Shown piece after piece: positions 25,201-35,915 of a DNA stretch of 64,000 bases. The stretch lies in contig OZ024759.1 in NCBI GenBank assembly GCA_964016885.1, positions 3,720,001 to 3,784,000 on the forward strand, written 5' to 3'. This DNA is from Eledone cirrhosa (lineage: Eukaryota). A program made the position numbers and the translations under genes. Under the pieces are notes generated by a model, which did not search any database, was not told where the DNA came from, and was given only the letters and a program-made list of their open reading frames with translations. Every line of letters begins with the position of its first letter. Position 1 is the stretch's first letter.

Positions 25201-25832
25201 GAAAGATTAAATGATATAGACAGTGTCTTTAAGTAGAGATATGGTAATGAAAGGATTAATGACATAGACAGTGTCTTTAAGTAGAAACTTGGTAATGAAA
25301 AGTTTAATGACATAGAGTCTATGTCATTAAACCTTAATCCAAATATTCAATTACTTTCAAGCAAGAAACAAATGCAAATATCCGACTAACTTGAATTTTC
25401 CCTCGGATTTTAAAATTATTTTACGTATTTTTTCTATATTAGTTTTTTGAACTTAATATTATTATTTTTCTATTGTATTTCTTTATAATTATGTGAAGGC
25501 AAAAATATTTTATATTGTAACTTTTTATGTTAAATAATAAATGACTATAAAACTATACAAATTTTATATACTATATATTATAATAATTTCACAAAAGTCG
25601 CATTTATAGGTATATCAACTTATGCGGCCTCCTTTATTACTGCCTAATTTAAATGTGGCCTCTAAAGGTAAAAAGGTTCCTCTCCTCTGACATAGACAGT
25701 GTCTTTCATTAGAAATATGGTAATGAAAGGGTTAATGACATAGACAGTGTCTTTCATTAGAAATATGGTAATGAAAGGGTTAATGACATAGACAGTGTCT
25801 TTTATTAGAAATGTGGTAATGAAAGGGTTAAT
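22250..25832. repeat. 47/48-bp minisatellite with an 899-bp higher-order duplication that includes a hAT-MITE-like AT-rich insert (about 24417-24789 and 25316-25688)
   Basis: unit gacatagacagtgtctttaagtagaaatatggtaatgaaagggttaat. Identical ORFs at 24050 and 24949 (offset 899). Confidence 0.92.
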
Positions 25833-25847
25833 TACTACACCATATAC

Positions 25848-25985
25848 CTGTCTGACAGTTGCTACCTTCATAACCAGCAGCACATCCTCCACTAGAACAC
25901 ACACCTGTCTGTTTGTTACATTTACTGTTGTCAGCACAGTGACATGTGTTGCCACAGTTGGCTCCAAATTTACCTGATTTACAGA
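25848..25985 (-). CDS. EGF-like module exon E1 (most 5' visible) of a MEGF10/CED-1/SCARF-like multi-EGF protein
   Basis: ttttatttccag|TC TGT...CAG ACA G|gtatat. 138 bp, phase 1-1. xCKSGKFGANCGNTCHCADNSKCNKQTGVCSSGGCAAGYEGSNCQT. Confidence 0.9.
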
Positions 25986-26119
25986 CTGGAAATAAAATAT
26001 GAGAACAATGACAATTATAACAACATTTACACTATACAAGATAATAAATATCACAATATTATATCATCTATATTATAGTGTTGTCATCTATACCAGAGGT
26101 CGGCATCCTTTTGGGGCGT

Positions 26120-29100
26120 GCGGGCCACATTGCTATGGAGTGTCACACAGGCAGGCCACATTTCTATGCAGTGTCTCACTGGCAGGCCACATTGTTACGA
26201 AGTGTCTTGTCAGTTGCTCACATTGTTATACAGTGTCTTGTCAGCAGGCCACATAGCTATGGAGTGTCTTGTCAGCAGGCCACATAGCTATGGAGTGTCT
26301 TGTCAGCAGGCCACATAGCTATGGAGTGCCTTGTCAGCAGGCCACATAGCTGTACAGTGTCTTGTCAGCAGGCCACATAGCTATGCAGTGTCTTGTCAGC
26401 ATGCCACATTTCTATAGAGTGTCTTGTCAGCAGGCCACATAGCTATGGAGTGTCTTGTCAGCAGGCCACATTGTTACGAAGTGTCTTGTCAGTTGCTCAC
26501 ATTGCAATACAGTGTCTTGTCAGCAGGCCACATAGCTATGGAGTGTCTCACCAGCAGGCCACATTGCTATACAGTGTCTTGTCAGCAGGCCACATAGCTA
26601 TACAGTGTCTTGTCAGCAGGCCATATTGCTATGGAGTGTCTCACGAGCAGGCCACATAGCTATGGAGTGTCTTGTCAGCAGGCCACATTGCTATAGAGTG
26701 TCTTGTCAGCAGGCCACATAGCTATGGAGTGTCTCACCAGCAGGCCACATTGCTATGCAGTGTCTCACCAGCAGGCCACATAGCTATGTAGTGTCTTGTC
26801 AGCAGGCCACATAGCTATGCAGTGTCTCACCAGCAGGCCACATTGCTATGCAGTGTCTCACCAGCAGGCCACATTGCTATGCAGTGTCTTGTCAGCAGGC
26901 CATATTGCTATGTAGTGTCTCACCAGCAGGCCACATAGCTATGTAGTGTCTCGTCAGCAGGCCACATAGCTATGGAGTGTCTTGTCGGCAGGCCACATAG
27001 CTATGCAGTGTCTCACCAGCAGGCCACATAGCTATGCAGTGTCTCACCAGCAGGCCACATAGCTATGGAGTGTCTCACCAGCAGGCCACATAGCTATGGA
27101 GTGTCTCACCAGCAGGCCACATTGCTATGCAGTTTCTCACCAGCAGGCCACATTGCTATGTAGTGTCTCACCAGCAGGCCACATTGCTATGCAGTTTCTC
27201 ACCAGCAGGCTACATAGCTATGTAGTGTCTCACCAGCAGGCCACATAGCTATGTAGTGTCTCACCAGCAGGCCACATAGCTATGTAGTGTCTCACCAGCA
27301 GGCCACATAGCTATGTAGTGTCTCACCAGCAGGCCACATAGCTATGTAGTGTCTCGTCAGCAGGCCACATAGCTATGGAGTGTCTTGTCGGCAGGCCACA
27401 TAGCTATGGAGTGTCTCACCAGCAGGCCACATAGCTATGTAGTGTCTCGTCAGCAGGCCACATAGCTATGGAGTGTCTTGTCAGCAGGCCACATTGCTAT
27501 AGAGTGTCTTGTCAGCAGGCCACATAGCTATGGAGTGTCTCACCAGCAGGCCACATTGCTATGCAGTGTCTCACCAGCAGGCCACATAGCTATGCAGTGT
27601 CTCACCAGCAGGCCACATAGCTATGCAGTGTCTCACCAGCAGGCCACATTGCTATGCAGTGTCTTGTCAGCAGGCCATATTGCTATGTAGTGTCTCACCA
27701 GCAGGCCACATAGCTATGTAGTGTCTCGTCAGCAGGCCACATAGCTATGGAGTGTCTTGTCGGCAGACCACATAGCTATGCAGTGTCTCACTAGCAGGCC
27801 ACATAGCTATGCAGTGTCTCACCAGCAGGCCACATTGCTATGTAGTGTCTCACCAGCAGGCCACATTGCTATGTAGTGTCTCACCAGCAGGCCACATTGC
27901 TATGTAGTGTCTTGTCAGCAGGCCACATAGCTATGTAGTGTCTCGTCAACAGGCCACATAGCTATGTAGTGTCTCACCAGCAGGCCACATTGCTATGTAG
28001 TGTCTCACCAGCATGCCACATTGCTATGTAGTGTCTCACCAGCAGGCCACATTGCTATGTAGTGTCTTGTCAGCAGGCCACATAGCTATGTAGTGTCTCG
28101 TCAGCAGGCCACATAGCTATGGAGTGTCTTGTCGGCAGGCCACATAGCTATGGAGTGTCTCACCAGCAGGCCACATAGCTATGGAGTATCTCACCAGCAG
28201 GCCACATTGTTACGAAGTGTCTTGTCAGTTGCTCACATTGCAATACAGTGTCTTGTCAGCAGGCCACATAGCTATGGAGTGTCTTGTCAGCAGGCCACAT
28301 AGCTATGGAGTGTCTCACCAGCAGGCCACATTGCTATACAGTGTCTTGTCAGCAGGCCACATAACTATGGAGTGTCTTGTCAGCAGGCCACATAGCTATG
28401 GAGTGTCTCACCAGCAGGCCACATTGCTATACAGTGTCTTGTCAGCAGGCCACATAGCTATACAGTGTCTTGTCAGCAGGCCATATTGCTATGGAGTGTC
28501 TCACCAGCAGGCCACATAGCTATGGAGTGTTTCACCAGCAGGCCACATAGCTATCGAGTGTTTCACCAGCGGGCCACATAGCTATCGAGTGTTTCACCAG
28601 CAGGCCACATAGCTATGCAGTGTCTTGTCAGCAGGCCACATACAGTGTCTTGTCAGCAGGCCATATTGCTATGCAGTGTCTTGTCAGCAGGCCACATTGC
28701 TATAGAGTGTCTTGTCAGCAGGCCACATAGCCATGGAGTGTCTCACCAGCAGGCCACATTGCTATGCAGTGTCTCACCAGCATGCCACATAGCTATGTAG
28801 TGTCTTGTAAACAGGCCACATAGCTATGCAGTGTCTCACCAGCAGGCCACATAGCTATGCAGTGTCTCACCAGCAGGCCACATTGCTATGCAGTGTCTCA
28901 CCAGCAGGCCACATTGCTATGTAGTGTCTCACCAGCAGGCCACATTGCTATGTAGTGTCTCACCAGCAGGCCACATTGCTATTTAGTGTCTTGTCAGCAG
29001 GCCATATTGCTATGCAGTTTCTCACCAGCAGGCCACATAGCTATGTAGTGTCTTGTCAGCAGGCCACATAGCTATGCAGTGTCTCACCAGCAGGCCACAT

Positions 29101-29647
29101 TGCTATGCAGTGTCTCACCAGCAGGCCACATTGCTATGCAGTGTCTTGTCAGCAGGCCATATTGCTATGTAGTGTCTCACCAGCAGGCCACATAGCTATG
29201 TAGTGTCTCGTCAGCAGGCCACATAGCTATGGAGTGTCTTGTCGGCAGGCCACATAGCTATGCAGTGTCTCACCAGCAGGCCACATAGCTATGCAGTGTC
29301 TCACCAGCAGGCCACATAGCTATGGAGTGTCTCACCAGCAGGCCACATAGCTATGGAGTGTCTCACCAGCAGGCCACATTGCTATGCAGTTTCTCACCAG
29401 CAGGCCACATTGCTATGTAGTGTCTCACCAGCAGGCCACATTGCTATGCAGTTTCTCACCAGCAGGCTACATAGCTATGTAGTGTCTCACCAGCAGGCCA
29501 CATAGCTATGTAGTGTCTCACCAGCAGGCCACATAGCTATGTAGTGTCTCACCAGCAGGCCACATAGCTATGTAGTGTCTCGTCAGCAGGCCACATAGCT
29601 ATGGAGTGTCTTGTCGGCAGGCCACATAGCTATGGAGTGTCTCACCA
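26120..29647. repeat. 31-bp minisatellite, >100 units, growing out of a hAT-MITE-like left end at ~26093
   Basis: unit agcaggccacatagctatggagtgtcttgtc, preceded by ccagaggtcggcatccttttggggcgtgcgggccacatt. Confidence 0.92.
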
Positions 29648-31082
29648 GAATATAGAAGTTAGATGGAATGAGATGTGAAATGTATGTGATATACAATGTA
29701 TGAGTTGTGAAATGTATGGGATGTGAAATGTAGGAATATGAAATGTAATGGGTGTGCAATGTAGGGATGTGAAATGTAGGGATGGGGAATGTAGGAGATG
29801 TGAAATGTAGGGATGAGGAATGTAGGGATGAGGAATGTAGGAGATGTGAAATGTAAGGATGTGAAATGTAGGGATGAGGAATGTAGGAGATGTGAAATGT
29901 AGGAGATGTGAAATGTAGGAGATGTGAAATGTAGTAGATATGAAATGTAAGAGATGTGAAATGTAAGAGATGTGAGATGTAAGAGATGTGAAATGTAAGG
30001 ATGTGAAATGTAGGAGATGTGAAATGTAGGAGATGTGAAACGTAGTAGATGTGAAATGTAGTAGATGTGAAATGTAAGAGATGTGAAATGTAAGAGATGT
30101 GAAATGTAAGATATGTGAAATGTAAGAGATGTGAAATGTAAGAGATATGAAATGTAAGAGATGTGAAATGTAGGAGATGTGAAATGTAGGAGATGTGAAA
30201 TGAAAGGATGTGAAATGTAAGAGATGTGAAATGTAGGAGATGTGAAATGTAAGAGATGTGAAATGTAGGAGATGTGAAATGTAGGATATGTGAACTGTAA
30301 GGATGTGAAATGTAAGATATGTGAAATGTAAGAGATGTGAAATGTAGGAGATGTGAAATGTAGGAGATGTGAAATGTAGGAGATGTGAAATGTAGGAGAT
30401 GTGAAATGTAGGAGATGGAAATGTAAGGATGTGAAATGTAAGAGATGTGAAATGTAGGTGATGTGAAATGTAGGAGATGTGAAATGTAGGAGATGTGAAA
30501 TGTAAGGATGTGAAATGTAAGAGATGTGAAATGTAGATGTGAAATGTAAGAGATGTGAAATGTAGGAGATGTGAAATGTAGATGTGAAATGTAAGGGATG
30601 TGAAATGTAGGAGATGTGAAATGTAGGAGATGTGAAATGTAAGGATGTGAAAGGTAAGAGATGTGAAATGTAGGTGATGTGAAATGTAGGATATGTGAAA
30701 TGTAAAGGTATGGATTGTATAATGTGAAATATAGATGTGAATTGTGTGAGATGTGAAATGTAGAGAATGTACAAAAATAACAGTAAACATCAATAACAAC
30801 AACAGCAACCATCATCAACAACAATAGTGGTGGTGGTGGTGGTGGTGGTGGTAATGGAGGTGGTGGTGGTAGTGGTGGTGCTGGTAGTGGAGGTGGTGGT
30901 GGTAGTGGTGGTGGTGGTCGATGTGGTGGTGGCGGTGGTGGCAGTGGTGGTGGTAGTGGTAGTGGTGGTGGTGGTGGTGGTAGTGGTGGTGGTGGTGGTG
31001 GTAGTGGTAGTGGTGGTAGTGGTGTGGTAGTGGTGGTGGTATTAGTGGTGGTGGTGGGGGTAGTGGTGGTAGTGGTGGTGGT

Positions 31083-31113
<31 letters not shown>

Positions 31114-32730
31114 GTAGTGGTGGTGGTGGTGGTAGTGGTGGTGGTGGTAGTGGTGGTAGTGGTGGTGGTGGTGGTAGTGGTGGTGGTGGTGGTAGTTGAG
31201 GTGGTGGTGGTAGTGGTGGTGGTGGTAGTAGAGGTGGTGGTGGTGGAGGTGGTGGTAGTGGAGGTGGTGGTGGTGGTGGTGGTGGTGGTAGTGGTGGTGG
31301 CGGTAGTGGTGGTGGTGGTGGTAGTGGTAGTGGTGGTGGAGGTGGTGGTAGTGGTGGAGGTGGTGGTGGTGTTAGTGGTGGTAGTGGTGGTGGTGGTAGT
31401 GGTGGTAGTGGTGGTGGTGGTAGTGGTGGTGGTGGTGGTGGTAGTGGTGGTGGTGATGGTGGTGGTAGTGATGGTGGTGGTAGTGGTTGTAGTAATGGCA
31501 GTGGTGGTAGTGGTGGTGGTAATGGCAGTCGTGGTAGTGGAGGTGATGGTGATGGTGGTGGTGGTAGTGGTGGTGGTGGTCGATGTGGTGGTGGTGGTGG
31601 TGGCGGTAGTGATGGTGGTGGTAGCGGTTGTAGTAATGGCAGTGGTGGTAGTGGAGGTGGTGGTGATGGTGGTGGTGGTGGTGGTGGTGGTAGTGGTGGT
31701 GGTAGTGGTGGTGGTGGTGGTGGAGGTGGTGGTAGTGGAGGTGGTGGTGGTGGTGGTGGTGGTGGTGGTGGTAGTGGTGGTAGTGGTGGTGGTAGTGGTG
31801 GTGGTGGTGGTGGTAGTGGTGGTGGTGGTAGTGGTGGTAGTGATGGTAGTGGTGGTGGTAGTGGTGGTGGTGGTGGTGGTGGTGGTAGTGGTGGTGGTGT
31901 TGGTAGTGGAGGTGGTGGTGGTAGTGGTGGTGGTGGTAGTAGAGGTGGTGGTGGTGGAGGTGGTGGTAGTGGAGGTGGTGGTGGTGGTGGATGAGGTGGT
32001 AGTGGTGGTAGTGGTGGTGGTAGTGGTCGTGGTGGTGGTGGTGGTGGTAGTGGTAGTGGTAGTGGAGGTGGTGGTGGAGGTGGTGGTGGTGGTGGTGGTA
32101 GCGGTGGTGGTGGTAGTGGTGGAGGTGGTGGTGGCGGTAGTGGTGGTGGTGGTGGTAGTGGTGGTGGTAGTGGTGGAGGTGGTGGTGGTGATGGAGGTGG
32201 TGGTGGTGTTAGTGGTGGTAGTGGTGGTGGTGGTAGTGGTGGTAGTGGTGGTGGTGGTGGTGGTGGTAGTGGTGGTGGTGGTGGTGGTGGTAGTGGTGGT
32301 GGTGGTAGTGATAGTGGTGGTGGTGGTAGTGGTGGTGGTGATGGTGGTGGTAGTGATGGTGGTGGTAGTGGTTGTAGTAATGGCAGTGGTGGTGGTAATG
32401 GCAGTGGTGGTAGTTGAGGTGATGGTGATGGTGGTGGTGGTAGTGGTGGTGGTGGTCGATGTGGTGGTGGTGGCGGTAGTGATGGTGGTGGTAGTGGTTG
32501 TAGTAATGGCAGTGGTGGTAGTGGAGGTGGTGGTGATGGTGGTGGTGGTGGTGGTAGTGGTGGTGGTAGTGGTGGTGGTGGTGGTGGTAGTGGTGGTGGT
32601 AGTACAGAGTATGGTGGTGGTGGTGGTGGTGGTTGGTGGTGGTTGTGGAGGTGGTGGGGTTGTGGTGGTGGTTGCAGTGGGAGTTGTGGTGGTTGATAGT
32701 GATGTTGGGTAGTGGTTGCGGTTGTGGTAG
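29647..32730 (+). repeat. Direct duplicate of the E4-E5 intron (12420-14753): 16-mer array, unique linker and GGT tract
   Basis: Identical unique segments such as agaatatagaagttagatggaatgag, aaaggtatggattgtataatg...caacagcaaccatcatc and gtacagagtatgg. Confidence 0.93.
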
Positions 32731-33514
32731 GTATGTGTGTGCACGCGTTATATACGTATTTACGTGTGTATATTTATATACGTTTATATAATTATATGTA
32801 TACACGCACACACACACATATATATATATATTTTTTATATATATTTTTATGTGTATTTGGTGTATACGTTCGTATGTGTGCAGGTACAGGTGTTGTGTGG
32901 GTTCTGTATGTGCATGGGGTTTTTTTTTTTGTGTACCTGCTTGTATTTGCATACCCATGGCGGGTGTTTTTGCATATGCATGTGTATGTACGTATTTGGA
33001 TGCGTGCATGTATATATTTAATTTTTGTTGATTCCTCTAATTTATTTACATTATTCTTAACTCTGAAACCGAGAATCATTCGGTTTCCTAAATAAAATTT
33101 TAGTCTACGACTTCAGTTATACCATTTACGTGGTTTTTTCTTTGCGTGCAATTGTTCTCAGTGCTCCTCATAATGACGTATTATCTTCGTTTTTTCCGTT
33201 CATTGCCAGAGAACGTCTCCACGAACCACCTAATAGAATATTAGTCTACGACTTCATTTATACCATAAACATGGTTTTGTCTGTGCATGTAATTTTTCTC
33301 ACCACTCCAAATAATGACGTATTATCTTCGTTTTTTCTGTTCTTTGCCAGGGAACGTTTCCATGAACCAAAGTATCGTCTTCCTGTCTTCTTTCAGTTGC
33401 AACGTTTTTCGAAATATTTACTTCTGCGTTCACAGATTGATTTTTTTAGTTTCAGAAGATCCTGTTAGGGGTGAAAGCAGCGATTCTTTGCTTAAACTTT
33501 AATCTGTTATTTTA

Positions 33515-33561
<47 letters not shown>

Positions 33562-33620
33562 AGTTGAAATAAAATGAAAACGAAATTTCATTTCTCACTC
33601 TTAGTACGGCACTTACTTAA

Positions 33621-33675
33621 ATGTAAGTATGTGTGTATACGTACATACATATATGTATACAGACGTACAGTAGCA

Positions 33676-33743
<68 letters not shown>

Positions 33744-33990
33744 TATACATGCACGTATCAGTTTAGCGGACGCTTATTATAACGCCGCTTTGTTCATTTG
33801 TAAACAAACTGAACAGCCTGAATTTTATCCCGTATGGTGTTAAGGCAACCACGTCACCTTTTTGTTCAACACTGCCTTAACACCATACGGCATAAAATTC
33901 AGGCTGTTCAGTTTGTTTACAAATGAACAAAGCGGCGTTATAATAAGCGTCCGCTAAACTGATACGTGCATATATGTATGTGTACCTGTA

Positions 33991-34029
<39 letters not shown>

Positions 34030-34087
34030 GCATGCTACTGTACGTCGGTATACATATATGTATGTACGTATACACACATACTTACAT
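33621..34087. repeat. Long inverted repeat (arms ~215-227 bp, 25-bp spacer)
   Basis: ...cgtatggtgttaaggca [accacgtcacctttttgttcaacac] tgccttaacaccatacg... Confidence 0.92.
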
Positions 34088-34149
34088 ATATATATATATA
34101 TTTATATATATAATAGTATAACACTAGTTATATCCGTAGTAGTAGAACA

Positions 34150-34880
34150 CTCAGTCCATCAGCTCGGTTTAAATGAGATTATACGAAAAGGGAAACATCA
34201 TTATCATCATTGTCGTTTAACGTCTATCTTCCACGCGAGCATGGGTTTACAATTATAAACAATTATACAAGTACACATACACAGAAGAAGTTCTTTTCAA
34301 AGGGGAAGCAACTCACACTGTAATTTACGAAGCCTTAGTCACTTCTAACCGACCAAATCAATAACAAGAGGTTAAATCCTATGTAGGTATGGCGGAGGGC
34401 CAGTTTAAAGAATGCTTCCTGAATCAACTGTCGACATTCAGACACCTGGACAAACGATCGTCCACGAAGCTCACAAGTCACATGTGGTCTCTCAAGACGC
34501 AGGCGTGGATTACTCCATTCAATGGAAAGTTATTACTGAGTCTATACGGAAATGGGATTCGTCTTGTGGGCTGTGCATTGAAGAAAGAATCAATATCCTG
34601 AGTAGTTACGTAATAGTGCTTGTCTAAATTCAAGAATTTAAAAGCTCCAAACTGACTACTGGATGTAACTTCTAGACCGAATACCATAAATAACTTATTG
34701 TATTCTGAGCTTTCGCTGTTGCCTCTAATGTGAGTTGCCTTCCCTTTGAGAAGAACTTCTGCACATGTGTATTTGTATAATTGTCTCCCTTTCCATATAA
34801 TCTCATTTGAACTGAGCTAATGATCCAACTTAGGTGAAACAAATTGTTTTCGGAAATGGTGAATTAACTGTTGTCGAACT
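34150..34880 (+). mobile_element. Penelope-like retroelement remnant: GIY-YIG endonuclease fragment between inverted pLTR copies
   Basis: VIYEALVT...SYVGMAEGQFKECFLNQLSTFRH..KRSSTKLTSHMWSLK/DAGVDYSIQWKVI...CGLCIEE. 34157-34318 is an inverted copy of 34729-34823. Confidence 0.82.
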
Positions 34881-34898
34881 ACTTATATATATAAATAT

Positions 34899-35224
34899 GG
34901 AGGCACATGGCTTAGTGGTTAGAGCATTGGCCTTGCAATCGAAAGGTTGTGAGTTCAATTCTCAGACTGGGTGATGTGTTGTTTCCTTGAGCAAGACAAT
35001 TTATTTCACATTGCTCCAGTTTACTCAGCTGTAGAAATGAGATGATAGGGACTGGGGTCCATATCATTCCACTGCAAAGTGGTCGTGGAGGTGCCACGGC
35101 AAAAAAGCACCCAGCACTCACTGTAAATGGGGTTGGTGTTAGGAAGGGCATCCAGCTGTAGAAATCAAGCCAGAATCAGTTCCCATCCCACCCTTGCAAA
35201 CAGGGAAAAAGCGGACATAAAATG
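34899..35224 (+). mobile_element. Near full-length tRNA-derived SINE, family B
   Basis: ggaggcacaTGGCTTAGTGGttagagc (A box), gaGTTCAATTCtc (B box) and RTE-like tail. Confidence 0.85.
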
Positions 35225-35627
35225 GAAATATATATATATGTATAGATAAATAAATATTTGCTCTAGGGTTCTTATATATTTGATATATATTTATCCTTAT
35301 CGAGCCCTCTTTGGATTTTAGTCTTCACATTTATTATTATTACTATATATATACAGTATATATATGATAGACAGAGAGAGAGATTATAATATAGAGATTT
35401 TATAGTTGTAGACAAACTACATATAGACTCACAGACACACATAGACACTCACATACGCATGCATGTGTACAAAGAAATATATATTTCTTTGTAATCTTGC
35501 TCATGGAAGTCAGTGACAGGCATGTACATCATTGGATGTACATGCCTGTCACTTTATGAGACCCATAAACTCTACGACAAATATTACATATGTGTTGTGC
35601 TGGTGTGTTACGTAGAGCTATGGTGCA

Positions 35628-35915
35628 GCTACACTTAGAATTTGCATCACCAGTCTGACACTCCTGTCTTGCTCAGAATATTGACCTCCTGGAGACTGTT
35701 CAAAAACATGCAACCAAGCGAATACCCTCCATCAGTCATCTACAATACTCTGAACCCCTGGCATGGATACATTGAAGCTCCGACATCTGGCAACTGACTT
35801 GGTAAACATCCACAAAATTATTAACCATCTTACCAACAACAACCCCGAGCACCTTTTTGAATTCCATGTGTCTAACACACGTGGACATGCTAACAAAGTC
35901 AGAAAACAGCACAGT
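35628..35915 (+). mobile_element. CR1-type LINE ORF2 C-terminal fragment
   Basis: HLEFASPV*...IDLLETVQKHATKRIPSISHLQYSE...DLVNIHKII...NTRGHANKV. Confidence 0.85.

Noticed and set aside
537-25985. Assigning a gene symbol (MEGF10/MEGF11/SCARF1/PTPR/stabilin)
   Set aside because: Only generic EGF modules are visible; the diagnostic EMI, TM or catalytic exons are not in the window.
16323-29647. Regularly spaced 31-61-bp repeats as CRISPR-like arrays
   Set aside because: Head-to-tail units without unique spacers, no cas genes, and a eukaryotic intron context.
29583-32744. 1053-aa ORF
   Set aside because: Translation of the duplicated simple-repeat block; several frames on both strands are open.
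34899-34975. tRNA gene
   Set aside because: A and B boxes are present, but no closed cloverleaf is evident and it continues into a SINE body found in several copies.
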